From positions 1 to 16,116 of the forward strand of contig JBFEXS010000048.1 in NCBI GenBank assembly GCA_041562555.1: DNA of 16,116 nucleotides, read 5' to 3'. The stretch comes from Sulfurimonadaceae bacterium. Lineage in GTDB: Bacteria > Campylobacterota > Campylobacteria > Campylobacterales > Sulfurimonadaceae. Under the pieces are notes generated by a model. The model was not told the DNA's origin. It saw only the letters and a program-made list of their open reading frames with translations, and did no database searches. Shown here piece by piece: positions 1 through 9,857 of this stretch. The position numbers and the translations under genes are program-made. Within the stretch, counting starts at the first letter, position 1. Every line of letters starts with the position of its first letter.

Positions 1-206
1 TCATCTTTAGGATCAACTTCCCAATATAGACGTACTGCATCACCACAGCTTTCTGCACCGAAATCAGCAACGATCAGTTTCGTTCCATGAGCATCACACT
101 CTTCTTGAGTGATCTCACCCTGGTGTTGAGGGTTATTCATCAATGATGTAACTTTATCTGAATACGCGTCCCATAAAGACTCGCCTAACATATCATTTTT
201 TGCCAT
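1..206 (-). CDS. nifU: Fe-S cluster assembly scaffold NifU, 5' part only (runs off the window start)
   Basis: Manual translation from the ATG at 206 (AAGGAG RBS upstream): MAKNDMLGESLWDAYSDKVTSLMNNPQHQGEITQEECDAHGTKLIVADFGAESCGDAVRLYWEVDPKD. This matches the epsilonproteobacterial NifU N-terminus with its CGD motif, and it lies directly downstream of nifS. Confidence 0.93.
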   Translation of the reverse strand, partial: MAKNDMLGESLWDAYSDKVTSLMNNPQHQGEITQEECDAHGTKLIVADFGAESCGDAVRLYWEVDPKD

Positions 207-237
207 AATAATTCTCCTTGAACTAATTTCTCAATAT

Positions 238-1539
<1,302 letters not shown>

Positions 1540-1541
1540 TT

Positions 1542-1558
1542 AGGACACTTTTTGTCCT
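1542..1558. promoter_or_regulatory. Palindromic operator candidate AGGACA-N5-TGTCCT
   Basis: Perfect 6-bp inverted repeat in the AT-rich nifS upstream region; the regulator is unknown. Confidence 0.4.
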
Positions 1559-1646
1559 CTTTTTGATAACGGTATGATAATGGGTATTTGTTAAGTTTAT
1601 GCTTAAGATTAATTTCTAAAAAAATTCTACTAAGAAATATTTTATA

Positions 1647-2951
1647 TTACTGCATCATTGTGATTAATGCTTCCACACTCTCTTCATAGTTTGCTATATA
1701 CGAGGCTCCCTGAGAGATAAACTTCTCCATCTTCTCTTTTTTCTCAATCGCTTCATCCAATTCGGCGTCGTTGCCTGCCGTATATGCCCCGATACGTATC
1801 AAAACCTCGTTTTCCTTTAATAATGTATACAGACGTCTGAATTTTCTGGCTGCTTCAAAATGTTCCGGGGAGATAATATCATTCATAACCCTTGATGCAG
1901 AATTTAGGATATGTATAGGCGGATAAATACCAAAGTCCGTCAATTCTCTTGAAAGAACAATATGTCCGTCTAAAATGGAACGGGATTGGTCTGCAATCGG
2001 GTCATTCATATCATCACCTTCCACCAAGACCGTAAAAAATGCCGTAATCGAGCCTTTTCCCTCTTCTTTCCCGGCTCTTTCCATCAACTGTGGCAGCAAG
2101 GTCAATGAAGATGGCGGATATCCTTTAGAGGTCGGCGGTTCACCCAGTGCAAGCCCTATTTCACGCTGGGCCATTGCAAAACGTGTGACCGAGTCCATCA
2201 TAAACAAGACATCGTGCCCCTGGTCTTTAAAATATTCGGCTACGGACATTGCCGAGAAAGCCCCATATTTTCGCATCAACGGTGAATCATCTGAAGTCGC
2301 TACCACAATAACGGTATTGGTCAGGTCCCCACCCAGGTTCTTCTCAATGAACTCAGGCACTTCACGCCCACGCTCTCCGATCAATGCGACTACCTTGATA
2401 GGTGCTTCGGAGCCCCGGACAATCATCCCCATCAATGTTGATTTACCGACACCCGATCCAGCGAATATCCCGAGCTTTTGCCCCTTTCCACAAGATAAAA
2501 GTGTGTCGATAGTCTTAACCCCGACAGAGAACTTCTCGTTTATCATTCCCCGTGCCATCGCTGCAATAGGCTGTTTGATGATAGGGTATTCCGTTGCGGC
2601 TTGTAATCTTCCCTTTCCGTCTATCGGGTTCATAAAAGGGTCGACTACCCTACCCAAGAGCTCAGGACCGATATTGATCTTCATACCGTTATGTTTCAGG
2701 AAAACCTCATCCCCGACACAATAACCTTCGATAAAGGAGAAGGGACTGATCGCAAAACCATCTTCTCTGATCTCCGTGACCATACCCATCGTACTCATAT
2801 CCGCATCTTTGGAACGAATCGTCACTGTATCGCCAATGCTGACCTTTAAACCCTTAGCAAGTACCATCGTGGCATTGATCTCTGTAATCATCCCGAAAGC
2901 GGGTGAAAGATTCTTACCTTTGATACGGTCTCTAAGGGAACTTAATGGCAT
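1647..2951 (-). CDS. fliI: Flagellar export ATPase FliI
   Basis: Walker A GIFAGSGVGKSTL, ALIGERGREV, MDSVTRFAMAQREIGLA and SILDGHIVLSR. Adjacent to folE, as in Campylobacter. Confidence 0.95.
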   Translation of the reverse strand: MPLSSLRDRIKGKNLSPAFGMITEINATMVLAKGLKVSIGDTVTIRSKDADMSTMGMVTEIREDGFAISPFSFIEGYCVGDEVFLKHNGMKINIGPELLGRVVDPFMNPIDGKGRLQAATEYPIIKQPIAAMARGMINEKFSVGVKTIDTLLSCGKGQKLGIFAGSGVGKSTLMGMIVRGSEAPIKVVALIGERGREVPEFIEKNLGGDLTNTVIVVATSDDSPLMRKYGAFSAMSVAEYFKDQGHDVLFMMDSVTRFAMAQREIGLALGEPPTSKGYPPSSLTLLPQLMERAGKEEGKGSITAFFTVLVEGDDMNDPIADQSRSILDGHIVLSRELTDFGIYPPIHILNSASRVMNDIISPEHFEAARKFRRLYTLLKENEVLIRIGAYTAGNDAELDEAIEKKEKMEKFISQGASYIANYEESVEALITMMQ

Positions 2952-2957
2952 TTGTAC

Positions 2958-3533
2958 TTAGTACCTTGTTCCTACAGGTGCATTAATAAGGGCAAAGAAC
3001 TCAGCACGCGTCTTCTCATCCTTTTTAAATAAGCCTCGTAAAGCCGAAGAGGTCGTTGTAGAGTTAATCTTCTCCACTCCGCGCATCTCCATACACATAT
3101 GGCGCGCTTGAATCACAACCGCTACACCCTTTGGCTGAATTGTCTGCATGATCGCATCAGCGATCTGTTCCGTAAGTTGTTCTTGTATCTGCATACGACG
3201 GGCGAACACATCCACAACACGAGGGATTTTGGAAAGCCCGACAACTTTACCATCGGGAATGTACGCCACATGTGCCCGTCCGATGATAGGAAGCAGATGA
3301 TGTTCACAGGTTGAGTAAAGTTCGATATCCTTGATCAAGACCATCTCATCATTCGAAGAAGTAAACAGTGCAGAAGAGAGTATCTCGTTTGGATCCTCTT
3401 GATATCCGCCATAGATAAACTCATACGCTTTTCGTACACGTTCCGGGGTCTTTACCAAGCCCTCACGGGTCGGGTCCTCCCCTACTGATTCCATCATAAT
3501 CTTGACAGCATTCTCAAACGCTTCATTATTCAC
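2958..3533 (-). CDS. folE: GTP cyclohydrolase I
   Basis: Motifs [37 protein letters not shown] and [11 protein letters not shown] start with an AAGG RBS. Confidence 0.96.
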   Translation of the reverse strand: MNNEAFENAVKIMMESVGEDPTREGLVKTPERVRKAYEFIYGGYQEDPNEILSSALFTSSNDEMVLIKDIELYSTCEHHLLPIIGRAHVAYIPDGKVVGLSKIPRVVDVFARRMQIQEQLTEQIADAIMQTIQPKGVAVVIQARHMCMEMRGVEKINSTTTSSALRGLFKKDEKTRAEFFALINAPVGTRY

Positions 3534-3700
3534 ATCGACACCTTAATTTTTATTAGCGATAGGATAACACTTCTTCGCTTGGAGTGAGTTAAACAACTGC
3601 TATTATAGAAAAAAAAGAAAAGTTTCGATAAAATTTCGAAAATTAAACTTCTGCCTAGTAAATTGCAAATACTAGTCAAGACACATAAAAAAGGGATTCA

Positions 3701-4999
3701 ATGGAATTCAAGACCAATAAAATCGACAGCGCAAACGCTGAAATCACTGCGACATTAGCTCAATCTGACATTGATGCGAATGTTGAAAAAATTGCCAAAC
3801 AACTTGCAAAAACAGCAAACATCCCGGGTTTCCGTAAGGGAAAAGTTCCTGTTGCTGCTGTAAAAAAACAGTATGGTGACAAACTGACTCAAGACGCTGA
3901 GTCTGAAGCACTTCGTAATCTTCTTGATGCAGCACTCAAAGAGATGGAAGTCACAAATGACGCACTTATCGGTGAGCCTCAATTTACCCAGTTTGACAAA
4001 TCTGATGACAAGATCGATGTAGCGATCACAATCGCTCTTCGTCCGGAAATCAACCTTGACGGTTATGCTGACCTTGCACCAGAGACAAAGAAACCAAAAG
4101 TGACAGCGAAAGCAGTAACGGATCGTATCCAAGAGATCGCACAAGCACAAGCTCCATTCGTCGACGTAGATGAGGACCGTGAACTTGTTGAGGGTGATAC
4201 TGCGAACATCGACTTTGAAGGTTCGATCGATGGTGAACTATTTGATGGTGGCGCTGCACAGGGCTTCTCATTGACACTTGGTTCTGGACAGTTCATCCCA
4301 GGTTTTGAAGACCAGGTTATCGGCATGAAAAAAGGGGATGAAAAAGTAATTAAAGTAACTTTCCCTGAGAATTATGGAAGTGATAAACTTGCCGGTAAAG
4401 ATGCTGAGTTCAAAGTAACTGTAAACGCTATCCAGATGAAAGAAAAAGTACGTATGGATGCCGCTCTTGCTAAAAAAATGCTTCCGGGTGATGAAGAAGC
4501 GTCAATGGACAAACTAAAAGAACAAGTAAAAGCACAGATAGAGAATGAAGAGCTTTCAAAACTGTACAACGAAGAGTTGAAACCGAGTCTTCTTGAGGCA
4601 TTTGTTGAGAAGTTCAATTTTGATCTTCCTAAATTTGTTGTTGAACAAGAGATGGATATGGCATTGAATAAAAAAGCGCAGACAATGAGCGAAGAAGAGA
4701 TCAATGAATTAAAAGAGAATCAAGACAAAGTTCAAGAACTTCGCGAAGAGTTCCGTGATGAAGCGACAAAATCAGTAAAAGCGACCTTTATTATCGATGC
4801 TCTGGCAAAAGCAGAAGACATCAAAGTTGAAGAAAATGAAGTAATGCAGACAATCTATTTCGAAGCGATGCAAACTGGTCAGGATCCAGCCGGTGTTTAT
4901 GAAAACTATAAAAAATCCGGTTACCTACCGGCAATCCAAATGGCAATGGTAGAGGACAAGGTTCTTTCCAAACTCATTGAAGCAAAATTAAAAGACTAA
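3701..4999 (+). CDS. tig: Trigger factor
   Basis: Ribosome-binding signature IPGFRKGKVP and FKBP domain (IDFEG, FIPGFEDQ, VTFPENY); upstream of clpP. Confidence 0.97.
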   Translation: MEFKTNKIDSANAEITATLAQSDIDANVEKIAKQLAKTANIPGFRKGKVPVAAVKKQYGDKLTQDAESEALRNLLDAALKEMEVTNDALIGEPQFTQFDKSDDKIDVAITIALRPEINLDGYADLAPETKKPKVTAKAVTDRIQEIAQAQAPFVDVDEDRELVEGDTANIDFEGSIDGELFDGGAAQGFSLTLGSGQFIPGFEDQVIGMKKGDEKVIKVTFPENYGSDKLAGKDAEFKVTVNAIQMKEKVRMDAALAKKMLPGDEEASMDKLKEQVKAQIENEELSKLYNEELKPSLLEAFVEKFNFDLPKFVVEQEMDMALNKKAQTMSEEEINELKENQDKVQELREEFRDEATKSVKATFIIDALAKAEDIKVEENEVMQTIYFEAMQTGQDPAGVYENYKKSGYLPAIQMAMVEDKVLSKLIEAKLKD

Positions 5000-5037
5000 G
5001 TTTTTTAGAAACAGACCCTTAAATTTCCACCCTTTTT

Positions 5038-5062
5038 AACACCCATAACTTCTATGGGTGTT
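5038..5062 (+). terminator. Stem-loop between tig and clpP (probable terminator or processing hairpin)
   Basis: Perfect 10-bp inverted repeat AACACCCATA-ACTTC-TATGGGTGTT; the U-tail is weak. Confidence 0.5.
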
Positions 5063-5142
5063 GTGCTTTAAAAAATGATTAGCTACAATACAGATAATTC
5101 AACCATGACTATTTATTTTTTAAATCATCAAAGGAACACAAT

Positions 5143-5733
5143 TTGAGCTATATCCCTTATGTTATTGAAAAGACAGGACGTGGTGAGCGTTCTTATGACA
5201 TCTTCTCTCGTCTTCTAAAAGACCGTATTGTTATGCTAAGCGGAGAGGTAAATGATCAATCTGCATCTACCATCGTTGCGCAACTTCTATTCTTGGAAGC
5301 GGAAGATCCGGAAAAAGACATCTATTTCTATATCAACTCACCAGGTGGTGTAATTACAGCAGGAATGTCAATTTATGATACAATGAATTACATAAAACCT
5401 GATGTTTCGACGATATGTATAGGACAAGCAGCTTCAATGGGTGCATTCTTACTCAGTTCTGGTGCGAAAGGAAAGCGTTATTCACTTCCTCATTCACGTA
5501 TTATGATCCATCAGCCTCTTGGCGGTGCCCAAGGTCAAGCTACGGATATCCAGATCCAGGCAAAAGAGATCCAGCGTATGAAGGATGAGTTAAACGGTAT
5601 CCTGGCTGAGAACACTGGACAAAAAGTTGCAAAAATCGCTGAAGATACAGAGCGGGATAACTTCATGTCTGCCGAAGAAGCTAAAAAGTACGGTATGATA
5701 GATGAAGTGATTTCAAAAAACGCGAAAAAATAA
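5143..5733 (+). CDS. clpP: ATP-dependent Clp protease proteolytic subunit
   Basis: Motifs [27 protein letters not shown], catalytic AASMG and RIMIHQP. TTG start with an AAGGA RBS. Confidence 0.98.
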   Translation: MSYIPYVIEKTGRGERSYDIFSRLLKDRIVMLSGEVNDQSASTIVAQLLFLEAEDPEKDIYFYINSPGGVITAGMSIYDTMNYIKPDVSTICIGQAASMGAFLLSSGAKGKRYSLPHSRIMIHQPLGGAQGQATDIQIQAKEIQRMKDELNGILAENTGQKVAKIAEDTERDNFMSAEEAKKYGMIDEVISKNAKK

Positions 5734-5755
5734 ATAGGTAATAGGTAGGTAAAAC

Positions 5756-6829
5756 ATGGCAGGTAATCTTCGTAAACGTCGTGATATCACTGCTGTGGAT
5801 GGGGAAGAAGAGGTCCCGTCATTCGGTGGTCCCGATACTGCTTCAGGATTAAGTGAACCAACAAGTGATCTGGAAATGTACTCCAAAGAAGTACTTGCCC
5901 AACTGGTTCATGACAACTTACCGCCGACCCCGAATAATTTCAGTCTCTATTTTGACCGTCTGTTAGAAGACAAATCTGAGGCGCTGCGCAAACAGATCAA
6001 TGGGATACTTGAGTTTGAAGACAATAGCGATGATGAAAAGACTATTGAGCTAGAGAAAAGTCTAAAATCAGGCTTTACCTCTATCAAGTCTATTCTGCAA
6101 GTGACTGCAAATCTTTACAAGAACATGGCACTCATGGAAAAGATCCTTGCAAAACGCCGAGCCGAGCTAGGTGATTCACCGGATGCGCAAAATGTCCTTT
6201 CGACGATCACCTCCTTGGACCAAGATGTTGGAAAACTGAACAACATCCTGAAAAAGCAAGTCGACCATATGAAAGAGCTCTATCAGGACACAGCTAATAT
6301 TGTTAAAAATGTCGATAATGAGACGATCTATGACAATCAGTTCGGTATCTATAATAAACGATATTTACTCAATAAGCTTGAGCAAGAGAAAAATCTGATC
6401 GACGAGTTTAAACACACCTCGTCTCTGATAACTATCCAGCTATCCAAAGTTATAGAAGATAGTGTCAGTAATCAAAAAGCCTTGTTGCTGATGACAAGAA
6501 CGATCGCACGTCTCTTGATGAAGACTTCCCGTCGGAGTGATGTTGTCGCTCATTACGGTGAAGGTGTCTTTGCAATGGTCCTAAAGCATACGGACATCGA
6601 AAATGCAAAACGTGCCAGCCAGCGTCTATGTGAGCTTGTCTCATCAAGTAACTTCTTTTTGGCGGAAAAGGAGATTCAGCTTAAAATCTCTATCGGTATC
6701 GCCAATATAGATGCAGAACGTTCCGTAGAAGAAACGCTTGTATGTGGACTAAATGCGATGGAGCATGCGAATAGCAATGATGACGAAGACTATTCGGTCT
6801 GTACAAAAGACACTGCTGAAAAAGAATAA
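5756..6829 (+). CDS. GGDEF-domain protein with a degenerate active site (GEGVF) and intact RxxD
   Basis: C-terminal GGDEF-fold signatures YDNQFGIYNKRY, RRSDVVAHYGEGVFAMVL and ISIGIA. The N-terminus has an LPPTPNNFSLYF motif followed by coiled-coil-like helices. Confidence 0.85.
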   Translation: MAGNLRKRRDITAVDGEEEVPSFGGPDTASGLSEPTSDLEMYSKEVLAQLVHDNLPPTPNNFSLYFDRLLEDKSEALRKQINGILEFEDNSDDEKTIELEKSLKSGFTSIKSILQVTANLYKNMALMEKILAKRRAELGDSPDAQNVLSTITSLDQDVGKLNNILKKQVDHMKELYQDTANIVKNVDNETIYDNQFGIYNKRYLLNKLEQEKNLIDEFKHTSSLITIQLSKVIEDSVSNQKALLLMTRTIARLLMKTSRRSDVVAHYGEGVFAMVLKHTDIENAKRASQRLCELVSSSNFFLAEKEIQLKISIGIANIDAERSVEETLVCGLNAMEHANSNDDEDYSVCTKDTAEKE

Positions 6830-6858
6830 ATTATAAAGAATCAAAGTAGTAAAGATAA

Positions 6859-7380
6859 ATGAAACTTCCTATTGTTGTATATCCAGATAAACGGCTTAAA
6901 ACTGTTTCTGAACCTGTAACCGAATTTGATGCTGACCTGCATGCCTTTTTAGATGACATGTACGATACTATGCTTCAAAGTAACGGTATAGGTCTTGCCG
7001 CCATCCAAGTTGCAAAAGCGCAACGTATTTTAATCTTGTGTATCCCTGATGAAGAAGGTGAACAGCATCCGGAAGATCTTTTAGAGATCATAAACCCGGT
7101 GATATCCAATGAACAAGGTACTATTGTCTATCAGGAAGGATGTCTTTCTGTCCCAAGTTTTTACGAAGATATAGAACGTTATGAGAAGATCACGCTTGAT
7201 TATCAAGATAGACATGGAAACCCCCATCAGCTTGAAGCAGAAGGCCTTCTATCCGTTGCGATCCAGCATGAGCTTGATCACTTAAACGGTAAACTCTTTA
7301 TCGAAAAACTCTCTTATATGCGACGAAAGAAGTTTGAAAAAGAGTATAAGAAACTTCAAAAGCAGCAAGTGCGGTCATAG
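6859..7380 (+). CDS. def: Peptide deformylase
   Basis: All three PDF motifs: GIGLAAIQ, EGCLSVP and QHELDHLNG. Confidence 0.98.
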   Translation: MKLPIVVYPDKRLKTVSEPVTEFDADLHAFLDDMYDTMLQSNGIGLAAIQVAKAQRILILCIPDEEGEQHPEDLLEIINPVISNEQGTIVYQEGCLSVPSFYEDIERYEKITLDYQDRHGNPHQLEAEGLLSVAIQHELDHLNGKLFIEKLSYMRRKKFEKEYKKLQKQQVRS

Positions 7381-7429
7381 TATCTATCTTGTGTATAAAA
7401 ACCATGGGATTGAAGAGTAAGTGAGGACT

Positions 7430-7448
7430 TTATCCCACAATGGGATAA
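7430..7448. terminator. Hairpin between convergent def and the small ORF
   Basis: TTATCCCA-CAA-TGGGATAA is a perfect 8-bp stem, imperfectly extendable to about 7421-7456. Confidence 0.55.
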
Positions 7449-7458
7449 CAAGTCACCG

Positions 7459-7554
7459 TTATTCTGAGTGAGTTACTTTGTACAGATCAACTGCGGATGC
7501 GATCAAGACCATACAGGCAACTATACTACCAATAATAAGATGTGTTTCATTCAT
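7459..7554 (-). CDS. Small hydrophobic protein, 31 aa, putative single transmembrane helix
   Basis: Manual translation MNETHLIIGSIVACMVLIASAVDLYKVTHSE*. AAGGAG lies 6 nt before the ATG, and the peptide has a 17-residue uncharged stretch. It is shorter than any ORF listed in the track. Confidence 0.7.
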   Translation of the reverse strand: MNETHLIIGSIVACMVLIASAVDLYKVTHSE

Positions 7555-7663
7555 CTTTAACTCCTTGCGTTTAACATTCCTGGAGAATGCCATTATTTTG
7601 TGCATCGAAAACACTCACAAGTAAACCAGTAATTTCTCAGAGAGAGATAATAAAGACAGAACT

Positions 7664-7672
7664 AGTTTAACA
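7664..7672 (-). promoter_or_regulatory. Extended -10 promoter candidate for the small ORF
   Basis: Minus-strand TGTTAAACT (TGn plus TAAACT), about 110 nt upstream of the ATG. Confidence 0.4.
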
Positions 7673-7846
7673 CAGAATGTGATTTATAGTTCTTAAACGA
7701 TATTAAACTATACTTCTTCCCTAGATAAGGGAGCTCTTCATTAATATAATCTATTTTTATAGTACTTTTTGAATCCGAAGCTTAAATTTTATTCATAAAA
7801 CTTATACAATCTTCTATTTTTTAGCTCTTTTTTCTATAGTATTATC

Positions 7847-9361
7847 ATGAAAAAATTATACTCCGCCTCGTTTGAAGGCATCAAAGCCAAAACAGTTTCT
7901 GTAGAAGCCAGTTTTTCCAAAGGTCTACCCTCCTTTTCGATCGTAGGTCTGGGGAATACTTCCATCCAGGAGTCAAAAGAACGTATTAAATCTGCCCTAA
8001 GTGCCAACGAGTTTACTTTTCCTCCCATGCGGGTTGTGATCAACCTCTCTCCATCTGATCTAAAAAAAGAAGGCACCCACTTTGATCTATGCGGAGCCTT
8101 GCTTATCGCTTTGCAAAAAGAGAATGTAAGTTTTCACGATTTTTATGTCTTTGGGGAGTTAGGTCTCGATGGAGAAGTGAAGGAGACATCATCGCTTTTT
8201 GCGCTGATCCTATCATTAGTACAGCAAGGAGAACTCAAACGTGCCATAGTCCCAAATAGTGCCATTGATAAACTCGCAGCTATACCTGATGTCGAGTTCT
8301 ATGGAGTCAGCAGTCTTGAACAGACCATAAGTTTTTTCCGATCAGATATGCCTCTCCCATCTGTTCAGCATAAACGTTTTGAGCACCCCTCAATCCAGAT
8401 TGGAGGCCAGCAATATTTTTATCAAAATACGTATCCCCTTGACTTTAAAGAGATCAAAGGGCAAGAACAGGCTAAACGTGCGGCACTTATTTGTGCCACA
8501 GGTATGCACAATATGCTTCTTGAAGGTAGTCCAGGCTGTGGAAAAAGTATGATTGCCAAACGTTTGGCCTATATCCTTCCTCCTCTGAGCAACAATGATA
8601 TACTTGAAAATGCAAAACTGAATGCCCTTGAAGGTATAGAGCCAACCTTTACTCCCCTTAGACCCTTTAGGTATCCCCATCACACCTCTACCCCCGCAAG
8701 CATCTTTGGTGGTGGCTCACTTCGCTCACAAATCGGAGAGATCGGTTTGGCCCACGGAGGGATACTCTTTTTTGATGAATTGCCCCACTTTCCAAAAAAC
8801 ATTCTTGAAGCATTGCGAGAGCCCCTTGAAGATAGACGCATCATGATTTCGCGCGTCAACACAAAGGTCGAGTACCCTACCGACATCATGTTCATCGCCG
8901 CGATGAATCCCTGCCCCTGCGGTAACCTTTATCACCAACACCAGACTTGTCGCTGCAGTGAACTGGAGATCAAGCGCTATAACAACAGGCTCTCTGAGCC
9001 CTTTCTTGATCGTATTGACATTGCTATACAGATGCAACCGGTTAATAGCAATGACACACCTAGTATCACTTCGGAACAAATGCATCAGAAGCTGTTTTCC
9101 GCACTGGCTTTTAGAGCGAACAGGGGGCAACATAAACCAAATGGAAAGTTGCAAGAGCAGGAGATTCAGGAATTTTGCCTATTAAATACAGAGCTGCAAG
9201 AGATCATGCGTCAAGCGAGTTCACAATTCGGTCTAAGTTTTCGTGCTGTCAATAAAGCCCTGAAGATCTCTCGCACCATTGCCGACCTGGATGAGAGTAA
9301 GGATATACAGAAAAAGCACCTCCTTGAAGCGCTATCCTACCGAAGACGCACTAGTATTTAA
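7847..9361 (+). CDS. YifB/ComM-family Mg-chelatase-like AAA+ ATPase
   Basis: Motifs GLPSFSIVGL, INLSPSDLKKEGTHFDL, Walker A GSPGCGKSM, PFRYPHH, LFFDELPHF, AAMNPCPCG and PFLDRID. Confidence 0.93.
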   Translation: MKKLYSASFEGIKAKTVSVEASFSKGLPSFSIVGLGNTSIQESKERIKSALSANEFTFPPMRVVINLSPSDLKKEGTHFDLCGALLIALQKENVSFHDFYVFGELGLDGEVKETSSLFALILSLVQQGELKRAIVPNSAIDKLAAIPDVEFYGVSSLEQTISFFRSDMPLPSVQHKRFEHPSIQIGGQQYFYQNTYPLDFKEIKGQEQAKRAALICATGMHNMLLEGSPGCGKSMIAKRLAYILPPLSNNDILENAKLNALEGIEPTFTPLRPFRYPHHTSTPASIFGGGSLRSQIGEIGLAHGGILFFDELPHFPKNILEALREPLEDRRIMISRVNTKVEYPTDIMFIAAMNPCPCGNLYHQHQTCRCSELEIKRYNNRLSEPFLDRIDIAIQMQPVNSNDTPSITSEQMHQKLFSALAFRANRGQHKPNGKLQEQEIQEFCLLNTELQEIMRQASSQFGLSFRAVNKALKISRTIADLDESKDIQKKHLLEALSYRRRTSI

Positions 9362-9812
9362 GGCGTATCTCCTGCTCAATCAAAAGCTTTTTGTTGACCA
9401 TATCAACACTGTTTTCATAAGCTTTCAACAACTTATGATTATAGGTCTGAGCCGACTGTCTATCGTAGGAGTGGATCACCTCTTTGAACTGCTTGATAAA
9501 ATCATATATAAGATCTGTCGTAGGATGATATATCTTAGAACTCTTGGAGATATACAATACAATATCAAACCCTGTTTTCAACTCTTCAGACATATCCCCT
9601 ATCTTGAACTCATTCGTATTAATAAAACGTTCGAGTATCGCTGACATACCCTCATCCGTCAAAGGATACTCTTTATTACGGTTATAAAGGTATTGTAGAA
9701 TTTGTGACTTGTCCCAGGTATTGATCACCTTGCGCATCTGTGCAATCTTGTTGTCACGTTGACGTTTATATTCATACTGAGATATTGGTGTATCTGAGAG
9801 ATTGATTATCAT
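9351..9812 (-). CDS. Hypothetical protein (153 aa), probably leaderless
   Basis: Open frame of soluble, helical-looking composition filling the gap between yifB and yeiH. The ATG at 9812 is preferred over the GTG at 9827 because TATAAT lies 6 nt upstream of it. No motif recognised. Confidence 0.75.
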   Translation of the reverse strand: MIINLSDTPISQYEYKRQRDNKIAQMRKVINTWDKSQILQYLYNRNKEYPLTDEGMSAILERFINTNEFKIGDMSEELKTGFDIVLYISKSSKIYHPTTDLIYDFIKQFKEVIHSYDRQSAQTYNHKLLKAYENSVDMVNKKLLIEQEIRLKY

Positions 9813-9857
9813 GGTGATATTATACACCGTTTTCGTAAATACTTAATGCAAGAAGTG

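Noticed and set aside
1647..2951. Injectisome (T3SS) ATPase or F1 beta subunit
   Set aside because: There are no secretion or atp genes nearby, and the folE-fliI context is the usual flagellar arrangement in this lineage.
5756..6829. Active diguanylate cyclase
   Set aside because: The A-site reads GEGVF and lacks the catalytic acidic residues.
7575..7645. TPP riboswitch in the small-ORF leader (minus strand CTGAGAAAT...ACTTG...ATAATGGCA...AGGAA resembles the thiM aptamer)
   Set aside because: The G-rich P2 5' strand, the ACCC partner, CCTGAT and the P5/GCG core are missing. The resemblance looks superficial; cmscan with RF00059 would settle it.
7834..9644. Shadow ORFs over yifB, and 9279..9644 + opposite the hypothetical gene
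   Set aside because: They overlap better-supported genes. The minus-strand 153-aa ORF is longer and has a promoter signal.
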